Below are positions 19,786 to 28,257 of a stretch of DNA of 64,000 nucleotides, piece by piece (within the stretch, counting starts at the first letter, position 1; the number at the start of each line of letters is the position of its first letter). Under the pieces are notes generated by a model. That model did no database searches. It was not told the origin of the DNA and worked only from the letters and a program-made list of their open reading frames with translations. Location: the NCBI GenBank assembly GCA_965116145.1, contig OZ220482.1, forward strand, positions 1,916,143 through 1,980,142. Reading direction: 5' to 3'. The position numbers were made by a program, and so were the translations under genes. The stretch comes from Thermoanaerobaculia bacterium (GTDB lineage: Bacteria; Acidobacteriota; Thermoanaerobaculia; Multivoradales; Multivoraceae).

Positions 19786-21015
19786 CTATCCCGCTTTCTC
19801 GTAGACCGTCAGCGGCTGAATACCGTTCAACACCACATCCTCGTTGATCACGCACTCCTTGATGCCGGGCTCGGAGGGGAGGCCGTACATCAGTTCGAGC
19901 ATGAGTTCTTCGAGGATGATCCTGAGCCCACGGGCGCCCACGTTGCGCTTCATCGCCTGCCGGGCGACCGCCCGCGCGGCTTCGGCCGTGAAGGTGAGCT
20001 TGACGTCCTCGAACTTGAACATCTCCTCGTACTGGCGCACCAGGGAGTTCTTCGGCTCGGTCAGGATGCGGACCAGGGCGTCCTCGTCAAGCCGCTCCAG
20101 GACGGCCACCACCGGCAGACGCCCGACGAACTCGGGAATGAGGCCGTACTTGATCAGGTCCCCCGGCAGGACATGCCGGAGCATCTCGCCGGCCCGTCCG
20201 GCGCGATTCCGGATCTCGGCGCCGAAGCCCATCGCCTTCTCGTTCATCCGCCCTTCGATGCGCTCCTCGAGACCGACGAAGGCGCCGCCGCAGATGAAGA
20301 GGATGTTCGTCGTGTCGATCTGCAGGAACTCCTGGTGGGGGTGCTTTCGCCCGCCCTGGGGCGGCACATTGCAGCACGTGCCCTCGAGGATCTTGAGCAG
20401 GGCCTGCTGGACGCCCTCGCCCGACACGTCCCTGGTGATCGACGGGTTGTCGCCCTTGCGGCAGATCTTGTCCACCTCGTCGATGTAGACGATGCCGCGC
20501 TGCGTCTTCTCCTTGTCGCTGCCGGACGCCTGGTAGAGCTTGAGGATGATGTTCTCGACATCCTCGCCCACGTAGCCCGCCTCGGTCAGGGTGGTCGCAT
20601 CCGCGATCGTGAACGGGACGCTCAGCAGCCGCGCCAGCGTCTGCGCCAGCAGTGTCTTGCCGGTGCCGGTCGGACCGATGAGCAGGATGTTCGACTTCTG
20701 AAGCTCGACGTCGGTCCTCGACCGCTCGCTGAAGTCGATCCGCTTGTAGTGGTTGTAGACCGCGACCGCGAGCTTCTTCTTGGCCTGCTCCTGGCCGATC
20801 ACGTAGTCGTCGAGGAGGCTCTTGAGTTCCTGGGGCTTGGGCAGGGCCGCATCCTGACGCTGCTCCATCCGGTCCTCGGCGATGATGTCGAGGCAGATAT
20901 CGACGCACTCGTCGCAGATGAAGACGGTCGGGCCGGCGATGAGCTTCTTGACGTCGCGCTGGCTCTTGCTGCAGAACGAGCACTTCAGCGTGTCGTCGCT
21001 GTCCTTCTTGGCCAC
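19786..21015 (-). CDS. clpX: ATP-dependent Clp protease ATP-binding subunit ClpX
   Basis: Zn-finger CSFCSKSQ...CDEC, Walker [12 protein letters not shown]-like loop, sensor motifs. GTG start. Confidence 0.95.
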   Translation of the reverse strand: MAKKDSDDTLKCSFCSKSQRDVKKLIAGPTVFICDECVDICLDIIAEDRMEQRQDAALPKPQELKSLLDDYVIGQEQAKKKLAVAVYNHYKRIDFSERSRTDVELQKSNILLIGPTGTGKTLLAQTLARLLSVPFTIADATTLTEAGYVGEDVENIILKLYQASGSDKEKTQRGIVYIDEVDKICRKGDNPSITRDVSGEGVQQALLKILEGTCCNVPPQGGRKHPHQEFLQIDTTNILFICGGAFVGLEERIEGRMNEKAMGFGAEIRNRAGRAGEMLRHVLPGDLIKYGLIPEFVGRLPVVAVLERLDEDALVRILTEPKNSLVRQYEEMFKFEDVKLTFTAEAARAVARQAMKRNVGARGLRIILEELMLELMYGLPSEPGIKECVINEDVVLNGIQPLTVYEKAG

Positions 21016-21184
21016 GGTTCGTCGTTCCGGCTTCAGCTATCGGCGTCTGTTCGGACGGTTGCGGGAGCATAACGGGCCGCCCGCGCCGCAGGATGGTAAC
21101 ACGGAGCGGCAGCCGGAGGGTTCCGCCGAAGCTCCGTAGGGCGGGAGCCGGCGCCCCGCCTTGCCTGGAGCCCGCGGCCGCCGG

Positions 21185-21775
21185 CTAACCGGGTCCGCGG
21201 CGCTCGACCACCCGGTCCGCCAGGCCGTACTCGACCGCCATCTCCGCCGTCAGGATCTTGTCCCGTTCCGTATCGGCGTGAACCTCCTCGGTCGACTTCC
21301 CCGTGTGCAGCGCCAGCAGTTCGTCGATCCGCCCGCGCATCCGCAGCAGGTCCCGGGCGTGGATGTCGATGTCCGACTGCTGGCCGCCCAGGTTCTGCAC
21401 CCAGGGCTGGTGAATGAGGACCCGGGCGTTCGGCAGCACCATCCTCTTGTCCTTCGCGCCTCCGGCAAGCAGAACCGCCGCGAACGACGCGGCCTGGCCG
21501 ACGCAGAGGGTCGACACGTCCGGCTTCACGTGCTGCATCGTGTCGTAGATCGCGAAGCCGGCGGTGACCGAGCCTCCTGGAGAATTGATGTACAGCGAGA
21601 TGTCCTTCTCCGGATTCTCGGACTCCAGGAAGAGCATCTGGGCGATGACCAGGTTCGCCACGTCGTCGTCGATCGGCCTGCCGATGAAGACGATGTTGTC
21701 CTTGAGCAGCCGCGAGTAGATGTCGTAGGCCCGTTCGCCGCGGTTGGTCTGCTCGACCACCATCGGTACCAGCAT
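21185..21775 (-). CDS. clpP: ATP-dependent Clp protease proteolytic subunit ClpP
   Basis: [32 protein letters not shown]...[11 protein letters not shown]...HQP. ATG 21775 with GGAGAGGA RBS. Confidence 0.95.
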   Translation of the reverse strand: MLVPMVVEQTNRGERAYDIYSRLLKDNIVFIGRPIDDDVANLVIAQMLFLESENPEKDISLYINSPGGSVTAGFAIYDTMQHVKPDVSTLCVGQAASFAAVLLAGGAKDKRMVLPNARVLIHQPWVQNLGGQQSDIDIHARDLLRMRGRIDELLALHTGKSTEEVHADTERDKILTAEMAVEYGLADRVVERRGPG

Positions 21776-21779
21776 CGCT

Positions 21780-23141
21780 CTAGTCCTCTCCTTCCCCGGC
21801 ATGCGCACCTGCCGCAGTTGCCGGTTCTCCGGGAAGCGGGTTGGCGGCCAGCATGGCCTCCATCGCCAGATTTCGAGTCAGATCGGCCTTCAACGTCTCC
21901 AGACCGTCCTTCTGCTCCAACTCCCGCCGCAGCCTGCCGCGATTCGTGTTGCGCGCACGCGCCATGACGTCAAGAGCCTCTTGCAGATCCTCCGCAGACG
22001 CCTCGACGCCGTCCTTGCGGGCGATCCGGTCCAGCAGGAACGAGGCGTGCACTCGCTCCTTCGCCCGCGGCCGCAGGCTCTCCATCACCTGCTCCCAGGG
22101 CACCTGCTGCTTCTCGAAGTCGAACCCCTGGCGAGCGAGCTCGTTCGCGTAGGACCTGGCCATGTCGACCGCTTCGCGCTCCACGGCCGCCTCCGGCAGG
22201 GCCACCGGGTAGCGTTTCCTCAACTGGTCGAGTACCGCCTCGACACGCTCCTTCCTGGCCTGCTCGCCCAGCTGCGCCCGTGCCTGATCGGCGAGCCGCC
22301 GCCGCAGATCGCCGACGGTCTCGAACGCCGACGACAGACTGCTTGCCCATTCATCGTCCACATCAGGCAGCTTGCGCTCGAGAACCTCCTCGACCTCGAC
22401 CTCATAGCTGCGCTGCCGCTCGATGTCGCCGTCCGTTTCCGCGTGGTCGAAGGTCGCCTTCTGTCCCGCCGACACGCCTGCCAGGACATCCGTCAGCTCG
22501 GGCCAGGCCCCCTCGTTGCCGAGCTCGAAGTCGATCTGCCGGGTCGCCGGACCGCGGTCGTCGTTGTCCGGGTCGCGATCGTTGGTATCCGCGGCCGCCT
22601 GCGGAACGTATCCCGGGATCGCGGAGCGGTGCATCCGGCCCCTTATCCTGTCGCCGCGCGCTGCCGGCCGCTCGACCGGTGTCCAGGTCGCATGCTGGCG
22701 CTGCACCTGTTCGAGAAGTCCGTCGACTTCGGCCTCGTCGGGCTCCAGCCTGGGTTCGGGCAAGTCGAAGGTCCGGTTGTCGTCGATCTCCACCTCGGGC
22801 TCGACATCCGCGGTCACCGTCAGCCGCAACGGCTGGCCCGGGACGGCCTGGGCCGGCTCCACGGTCGGCGGCAGCATGGCGCGCACACCCTCTTCCTCGG
22901 CTGCCTTCCGCCAGTACTTCGGGGCCAGACGCTCCGCCACGTCCCCGGCGATCAACCCGGCGAACTGCTTCCGCACCAGATCGAGCGGCGCCTTCCCCTT
23001 GCGGAAGCCGTCGATACGCACCCGCCGACGGTAGTCCCGAGCGACCCGCACGTACTCGGCGTCCACGTCGACGACGGGCACTTCGATCTCGAACTCGTGC
23101 CGGCAGACGCCGACCTCCCGCCTGGAAACCACCAATGTCAT
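21780..23141 (-). CDS. tig: trigger factor
   Basis: N-terminal ribosome-binding motif GFRKGKAP, central FKBP-like PPIase region, C-terminal helical arm. 453 aa. Confidence 0.9.
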   Translation of the reverse strand: MTLVVSRREVGVCRHEFEIEVPVVDVDAEYVRVARDYRRRVRIDGFRKGKAPLDLVRKQFAGLIAGDVAERLAPKYWRKAAEEEGVRAMLPPTVEPAQAVPGQPLRLTVTADVEPEVEIDDNRTFDLPEPRLEPDEAEVDGLLEQVQRQHATWTPVERPAARGDRIRGRMHRSAIPGYVPQAAADTNDRDPDNDDRGPATRQIDFELGNEGAWPELTDVLAGVSAGQKATFDHAETDGDIERQRSYEVEVEEVLERKLPDVDDEWASSLSSAFETVGDLRRRLADQARAQLGEQARKERVEAVLDQLRKRYPVALPEAAVEREAVDMARSYANELARQGFDFEKQQVPWEQVMESLRPRAKERVHASFLLDRIARKDGVEASAEDLQEALDVMARARNTNRGRLRRELEQKDGLETLKADLTRNLAMEAMLAANPLPGEPATAAGAHAGEGED

Positions 23142-23241
23142 GGTCGGACAGGAGATTCAGAAGATACCGGATGCGGGACGCGCAGGAGTCGAACGGGAAG
23201 CAGAGAGTCTAACCCCAGAGGTCCGGCGCCCCGCAGCGGAA

Positions 23242-23323
23242 TGCGAAAGGGGGGACTCGAACCCCCACCCCTGCCGGGACCAGATCCTAAGTCTGGCGCG
23301 TCTACCAGTTCCGCCACTTTCGC
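23242..23323 (-). tRNA. tRNA-Leu (anticodon TAG)
   Basis: Reverse complement GCGAAAG-TG-GCGGAACTGGTAGACGCG-CCAGA-CTTAGGA-TCTGG-long variable arm-GGGGGTTCGAGTCCCCC-CTTTCGC-A. Perfect 7-bp acceptor stem, class II variable arm, no encoded CCA. Confidence 0.8.
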
Positions 23324-23373
23324 CCGATCGCAACCAGTCCGACAGCGCTGCGGCAGCCGTCGCGGGAGAAGCT

Positions 23374-23449
23374 TGGTGAGCCGCCTAGGAATCGAACCTA
23401 GAACCCACAGATTAAGAGTCTGTTGCTCTGCCAATTGAGCTAGCGGCCC
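23374..23449 (-). tRNA. tRNA-Lys (anticodon CTT)
   Basis: Reverse complement GGGCCGC-TA-GCTCAATTGGCAGAGC-A-ACAGA-CTCTTAA-TCTGT-GGGTT-CTAGGTTCGATTCCTAG-GCGGCTC-ACCA. Cloverleaf with encoded CCA. Confidence 0.85.
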
Positions 23450-23745
23450 AGCCTCCGCGCCGCGTGTCGAGCCACATCCGGCGTCCGGCAGCGGCGTGCG
23501 ACTATACCTGATCGCGAGCCGCCCGAACCACCCTGGACAAAGCGGACGATCTCCACCCGGTCGCCGTCCCGGAGCCGGGTGTCGCCGAACCGGACACGGG
23601 GCACCAGCTCGCGGTTGACCTCGACCGCCACCGTCTTCGGGTGCTGATCCAGGCTCGCCAGCAGATCGAGCACGCTGGCATCGGCCCCCGGCGCCGCCAG
23701 CTTCCGTTGGCGGCCGTTGACCTGGAGTCGGAGCGAGGACGCCAT
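23440..23745 (-). CDS. ThiS/MoaD-family sulfur-carrier-like protein with C-terminal extension beyond the Gly-Gly
   Basis: MASSLRLQVNGRQRKLAAPGADASVLDLLASLDQHPKTVAVEVNRELVPRVRFGDTRLRDGDRVEIVRFVQGG, then 35 more residues (SGGSRSGIVARRCRTPDVARHAARRLGR) before the stop. The 3' end overlaps tRNA-Lys by 10 nt. Confidence 0.5.
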   Translation of the reverse strand: MASSLRLQVNGRQRKLAAPGADASVLDLLASLDQHPKTVAVEVNRELVPRVRFGDTRLRDGDRVEIVRFVQGGSGGSRSGIVARRCRTPDVARHAARRLGR

Positions 23746-23757
23746 CGCAGACCTGTG

Positions 23758-24162
23758 TCAGCCCGGAGCCAGCTCCGCCGTGCGGTCCGGCGCATCGGAC
23801 CACAGTCGCTCCAGCCGGTAGAGCTCCCGCCGTTCGGGGTCGAACACGTGGACAATGACATCGCCGTAGTCGAGCAGCACCCACTGCCCGCGGCCGGCCC
23901 CCTCCAGATGCAGAGGCCGGGCGCCGCCGGACCGCAGCCGCGCCTCAACGGCTTCCGCGATGGCGCTCACCTGACGCGCGTTGGCGCCGCTGCAGATGAC
24001 GAAGTAGTCCGTGAAATCGCTGACATCCGCAAGCTCCAGCACCCGCACGTCCCGAGCCTTGCGGTCAAGCGCCGCGGCCGCGGCCGCGCGGACACGATTC
24101 AGGGAGTCGCGGTGCCCGTCCGGGTCTGGCTGTGGGGCCTGGAGCGTCTGCGTTTGCGTCAA
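23758..24162 (-). CDS. rsfS: ribosomal silencing factor RsfS (Iojap)
   Basis: DYFVICSGANARQVSAIAEAV, WVLLDYGDVIVHVFDPERRELYRLERLW. Start uncertain; TTG 24162 overlaps nadD stop (TTGA). Confidence 0.8.
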   Translation of the reverse strand: MTQTQTLQAPQPDPDGHRDSLNRVRAAAAAALDRKARDVRVLELADVSDFTDYFVICSGANARQVSAIAEAVEARLRSGGARPLHLEGAGRGQWVLLDYGDVIVHVFDPERRELYRLERLWSDAPDRTAELAPG

Positions 24163-24806
24163 CGGTACAACCCGTACTTGCGACAGTACCGCAGCACGGC
24201 GGCAGGCATCAACTCGGCATCCACCTCGTCGCCGCGAGCCAGCCGCCGGCGGATGGAGCTCGAGGAAGCGTCGACCGAGCGATGCCGGATCAGGTCGAGC
24301 CCGCGGGCGCCCTCGGCCACCGCCACGACAGCAGGATCCAGCCCTCGCTCGCCCGGTCGGGCCAGGACCACCAGCCTGACAGCGCCGATCAGGTCCTCGC
24401 ACCGCCGCCACGACAGCAGGGTATTGAAGCTGTCGACGCCGAGCAGCAGGTGCAGGTCGGCAGCCGCGTCCTCCGCCGCGAAGCGTTCCACGGTGTCGAC
24501 CGTGTACATGGTGCGGCCGAGGTCGAGCTCGGCGTCCGAGACGACGAGCTCGGGCCAGGGCAGAAGCGCCAGTTCGACCATCGTGTTCCGCTTGAGCGCG
24601 GACACCTTCGTCCCCCGGGGCTTGTGCGGCGGACAGGCAGTCGGCAGATAGTGGACGACGTCCAGGCCAAGGAGCTCCCTTGCGGCAAGCACCGGCAGGA
24701 TGTGGCCGTTGTGGATCGGGTCGAAACTGCCGCCGAACAGCCCGATCTTCACGGCAGGCCCCGCGGCCGCCCGTGGCGAAGGTCTCGCTGCGCCGGCTTC
24801 AGCCAT
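24159..24806 (-). CDS. nadD: nicotinate-nucleotide adenylyltransferase
   Basis: IGLFGGSFDPIHNGH..., SSIRRRL. ATG 24806 lies inside a MITE copy; GTG 24749 (VKIGLFGG) is the alternative. Confidence 0.85.
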   Translation of the reverse strand: MAEAGAARPSPRAAAGPAVKIGLFGGSFDPIHNGHILPVLAARELLGLDVVHYLPTACPPHKPRGTKVSALKRNTMVELALLPWPELVVSDAELDLGRTMYTVDTVERFAAEDAAADLHLLLGVDSFNTLLSWRRCEDLIGAVRLVVLARPGERGLDPAVVAVAEGARGLDLIRHRSVDASSSSIRRRLARGDEVDAELMPAAVLRYCRKYGLYR

Positions 24807-24933
24807 GCATCCCGTCCGGCGGCGTTGCTCTTCGCTCACCTGTGCCCCGGCACGCTCACTCACCGCGCCCTGGCCGGAACGGGCGCCTGACCGCTCTCGG
24901 TGCGGCACGCGCGTTCACCACGGGCTGCGCAGG
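24803..24933 (-). repeat. MITE-like element copy (orientation B) in obg-nadD junction
   Basis: gccatgcatcccgtccggcggcgttgctcttc...ccctggccggaacgggcgcctgaccgctctcggtgcggcacgc...cacgggctgcgcagg. Contains the obg stop (24860) and the nadD ATG (24806). Confidence 0.7.
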
Positions 24934-25984
24934 CAACCGCCGCCTCGTCGACCAGGTCGACGGCGTCGGCCGCATCCAGGAGACGGCGCAGCTCGCGGAC
25001 AAGGCAACCCAGGCCGGCGCCTTCGACCGCCGATATCTCCAGCTTCGGCACGCCCTCCCGGCGGGCCAGCTCGGCCAGGCCGCGGCGCCGCTCCGGCGAC
25101 GCGATGTCGAGCTTCGAGCCGCACAGCAGGCGGGGTCGGCGGAGAAGATCGTCGTTGAACTCTCCCAGCTCGGCGCAGACCGTGTCGAAGGCCCCCTCGA
25201 CCGTAACGGCGGCTCCCTCCGGCTGCGGTCCCAGGTCGACCAGGTGGAGCAGGACACGGCAACGCTCCACGTGGCGCAGGAATCGGGCGCCCAGCCCCGC
25301 ACCCTGCGCCGCGCCGGCGATCAGCCCAGGCAGGTCGGCGATGACGAAGGGCTCCGCTTCGACCGGCACTGCCGGCGGACCGACGACGCCGAGCTGGGGA
25401 ACCAGCGTGGTGAAGGGGTAGTCCGCGACCCGCGGCCTTGCGGCGGTCAGCCTGCTGATGAGTGTCGACTTGCCGGCGTTCGGGAGGCCGACGACGCCGA
25501 CGTCGGCCAGCAGCTTCAACTCCAGGCGGAGACGGCGTTGCTCCCCCGGCGTTCCGGGTTCAACCCGTCTCGGCGCGCGCTGGCGTGCACTCCTGAAGCG
25601 GGCATTGCCGCGGCCGCCGGCGCCGCCGCGCGCCACCACGAGCTGTTCGTCCTCTGCCAGGACCTCGCCCAGGCGCTCACCGGTCCCGGCATCACGGACT
25701 TCGGTGCCGAGCGGCACCGGAATCACCAGGTCGCGGCCGCTCCTGCCGGTCCGGTTCGACCCCTCGCCGTGCCGGCCGCCGTCAGCCTGATATGCCGCCG
25801 GAAAGCTCAGACGATAGAGAGTGCCCAGACCCGTTGCGCCGACCAGGACGACATCACCGCCGGCGCCGCCGTCGCCGCCGGAGGGACCGCCGCGCGGCAC
25901 GAACTTCTCCCGCCGGAACGCCAGACAGCCGTCTCCACCGGAACCCGCGAGGACATCGATGACGGCCTCGTCGACGAAGTGCAT
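24860..25984 (-). CDS. obg: GTPase Obg/CgtA
   Basis: MHFVDEAVIDVLAGSGGDGCLAFRREKF, GGRGGDGG-type glycine-rich fold, G-domain GLPNAGKSTLIS, DLPGLIAGA. ATG 25984. Last ~20 aa (TESGQAPVPARAR) are encoded by the MITE copy. Confidence 0.9.
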   Translation of the reverse strand: MHFVDEAVIDVLAGSGGDGCLAFRREKFVPRGGPSGGDGGAGGDVVLVGATGLGTLYRLSFPAAYQADGGRHGEGSNRTGRSGRDLVIPVPLGTEVRDAGTGERLGEVLAEDEQLVVARGGAGGRGNARFRSARQRAPRRVEPGTPGEQRRLRLELKLLADVGVVGLPNAGKSTLISRLTAARPRVADYPFTTLVPQLGVVGPPAVPVEAEPFVIADLPGLIAGAAQGAGLGARFLRHVERCRVLLHLVDLGPQPEGAAVTVEGAFDTVCAELGEFNDDLLRRPRLLCGSKLDIASPERRRGLAELARREGVPKLEISAVEGAGLGCLVRELRRLLDAADAVDLVDEAAVACAARGERACRTESGQAPVPARAR

Positions 25985-26018
25985 CAGCCGCTCCCGGCGG
26001 CGCTGGCAGTCCTGTCCC

Positions 26019-26276
26019 TTACCCGGCCGGGTGGACGTTGACCACCGTGCCGCGGCGACCGCGGTTGCGGAACTCGACCACACCGTCCGCACGCGCGAAC
26101 AGCGTGTCGTCTCTGCCCCGGCCCACGTTCTCACCAGGGAAGAAGCGCGTACCGCGCTGGCGAACGATGATCGTGCCGCCGGTCACGCTCTGCCCCGCGT
26201 AGCGCTTCACGCCCAGGTTCTTGGGGTTCGAATCGCGGCCATTGCGACTTGAGCCCTGGCCCTTCTTGTGCGCCAT
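26019..26276 (-). CDS. rpmA: 50S ribosomal protein L27
   Basis: [48 protein letters not shown]. Confidence 0.95.
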   Translation of the reverse strand: MAHKKGQGSSRNGRDSNPKNLGVKRYAGQSVTGGTIIVRQRGTRFFPGENVGRGRDDTLFARADGVVEFRNRGRRGTVVNVHPAG

Positions 26277-26307
26277 CTCTCTGGACCTCCGTTGCTCCGG
26301 CGAGCAG

Positions 26308-26637
26308 CTACGCCCCGCCGGTCCGCTCGATCGTCTCGATCCGGAAGCGCTGCAACTCCTGCCGGTGCCCGCGGCGCCGACGGTAGCCCTTGCGGCGCTT
26401 GAACTTGAACACGACGATCTTCGGACCGCGCAGGTCGCCGACGAGCTGCGCCCGCACTCGGGCGCCCTCGACGACGGGCTCGCCCACCTCGGGCTCGCCC
26501 TCGCCGCCGCCGATCATCAGCACCCGGTCGAAGAACACCTCCGAGCCGGTCTCCGCTCCGCCAAGCCGCTCCAGGTCGACAACATCGCCTTCCTCGACCC
26601 GGACCTGCTTGCCGCCGGTCTCTATCACTGCGTACAT
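26308..26637 (-). CDS. rplU: 50S ribosomal protein L21
   Basis: [25 protein letters not shown]...[21 protein letters not shown], 109 aa. Track ORF trimmed to ATG 26637. Confidence 0.95.
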   Translation of the reverse strand: MYAVIETGGKQVRVEEGDVVDLERLGGAETGSEVFFDRVLMIGGGEGEPEVGEPVVEGARVRAQLVGDLRGPKIVVFKFKRRKGYRRRRGHRQELQRFRIETIERTGGA

Positions 26638-26803
26638 CGTTGCTCTCTCTGCGGCGCTCGGAGTGCGTCCAGCGCCGAACATCGTCATCTGCTGTCGCCG
26701 GTCATCTCGACACGCGCAGAGGACAGATCCGGCAACCTGCGCCACGCTGCCGGAGCGGCGAGGCAATTCGACGACAGACAGTAGCACCGGCCCGGTCATT
26801 CGG

Positions 26804-28174
26804 TCAACGCGCGACGCTGGCAGCCCGCCCCGATCGCGACGCACCCGGCGACAGCGGCAGCTCGACCTCGAAGGCCGCGCCGGGTCGCTCGTCTTCGCGG
26901 ACGCGCGCCTCGCCGCCATGGGTGGCGGCAATCCGTCGGACGATCGCCAGGCCGAGACCGGTGCCGCCGCGCCGCCCCGAATGGAACAGGTCGAAGACCC
27001 GCTCCCTCTCCGCGGGGTCGACTCCCGGCCCGTTGTCGCACACCGCGAGCACCACACCTCCCGGCCGGTTCTCCGCTTCGAGACGAAGAACCGGCCGGTC
27101 GCAGTCGCTCATCGCCGCCAGCGCATTGTCGATCAGGTTGAGCAGCAACTGGTTCGCCTGCTCGCGATCCACCTGGAACGGTGTTCCGCCCGTGCGGTCG
27201 TCGATCTCAACCGGGATGCCGGCGGACCGGAGCTTGCCGGCCACGACCTCGGCGCCGTGGCGCAGCAACTCGTCCGCCGTCGTCTGTTCGAGCTTGAGCG
27301 CGGCCGGACGTGCGTACCTCAGAAAGTCCGACACCAACCGCTCCAGCCGGCCGACTTCGGACCGCGTGATCGCGATCAGACGACCCGAGGAGCCGCCGAC
27401 GGCCGACGCGCCGGTGGACATCTCTTCCTGCAGCATCTGCATGTTCAGGTTCAGGGAGTTCAGAGGGCTGCGAATTTCGTGGGCGAGACCCGAGGCGAGA
27501 GTGCCGACATAGGCCATCTGCTCTGCCTCCTGAGCCTGCCGTTCGGCCAGAGCCGTTCGCCGCGCCAACCGGCTGTACAGCAGATAGCCCACCGCGAACA
27601 GCGCCACGGTCAGGACCGCGACGATTGCCGTCTGCCGCAGCAGTTCCTGGCGCAGGGTCGCCAACCGCTGCTGCAACTCGGATCTCGAGATCCCGATCTG
27701 GAACGTGCCGACCGTGCCGACCGGCACCTCGACGTACTCGAAGGGCACCTGCCGGCTGACGGTGTCGGCGACCAGTGCCGGCGACTCCAGGTTCGGAGGA
27801 TTCTCGCCGTCGGTGCGGGTTTCCTCCCGGCGGTTGCGGAACACCAGGTGGCCTTCGCGATCGAAGACCTCGACCGTCTCCACGATGTCGCGCTGGATCA
27901 GGACCGAATCGATGTAGCGCCGGGTCTCGGACTCGGTCGCCATCGCCGTATAGAGATCGCGGCCGGTGCTCTCGACCCGGCCGGCGATCCGCTCCGCCAG
28001 CTCTTCAGCTTCCGTTCGCGCCTCGATCACGATCCGGTTCAGCTCCCGTTGCGACAGCGACCGGAAGATCAGCCAGCCGAACAGGGAGAGATCGGCAAAC
28101 AGAAAGGCGCCCAGCACCGCGGCGAGGATGCGTCGACGCCGCTGGCCGCCGTCGCTGCCGAGCCAATCCCGCAC
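26804..28174 (-). CDS. sensor histidine kinase (orphan in this window)
   Basis: Two TM segments flanking a periplasmic region; HisKA H-box LASGLAHEIRSPLNSL; HATPase N/G boxes LLNLIDNA, DNGPGV, GGTGLGLAIV. GTG start. Confidence 0.8.
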   Translation of the reverse strand: MRDWLGSDGGQRRRRILAAVLGAFLFADLSLFGWLIFRSLSQRELNRIVIEARTEAEELAERIAGRVESTGRDLYTAMATESETRRYIDSVLIQRDIVETVEVFDREGHLVFRNRREETRTDGENPPNLESPALVADTVSRQVPFEYVEVPVGTVGTFQIGISRSELQQRLATLRQELLRQTAIVAVLTVALFAVGYLLYSRLARRTALAERQAQEAEQMAYVGTLASGLAHEIRSPLNSLNLNMQMLQEEMSTGASAVGGSSGRLIAITRSEVGRLERLVSDFLRYARPAALKLEQTTADELLRHGAEVVAGKLRSAGIPVEIDDRTGGTPFQVDREQANQLLLNLIDNALAAMSDCDRPVLRLEAENRPGGVVLAVCDNGPGVDPAERERVFDLFHSGRRGGTGLGLAIVRRIAATHGGEARVREDERPGAAFEVELPLSPGASRSGRAASVAR

Positions 28175-28183
28175 GCTCGGACG

Positions 28184-28213
28184 CTAGCAGCCCGTGGTGG
28201 ACGTTCGGGTTGC
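28184..28213 (+). repeat. MITE-like element fragment (terminal repeat only)
   Basis: ctagcagcccgtggtggacgttcgggttgc, 10 bp upstream of the kinase GTG start, in the divergent intergenic region with the ABC substrate-binding gene. Confidence 0.45.
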
Positions 28214-28257
28214 TTCAGGCGGTGTACGATGAGGCCGTGCGTGGCGCGCTACCGTCG

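Noticed and set aside
26638-26803. rplU upstream leader as a ribosomal-protein autoregulatory RNA
   Set aside because: No recognisable L21-leader or other known r-protein leader fold that I could verify from sequence alone.
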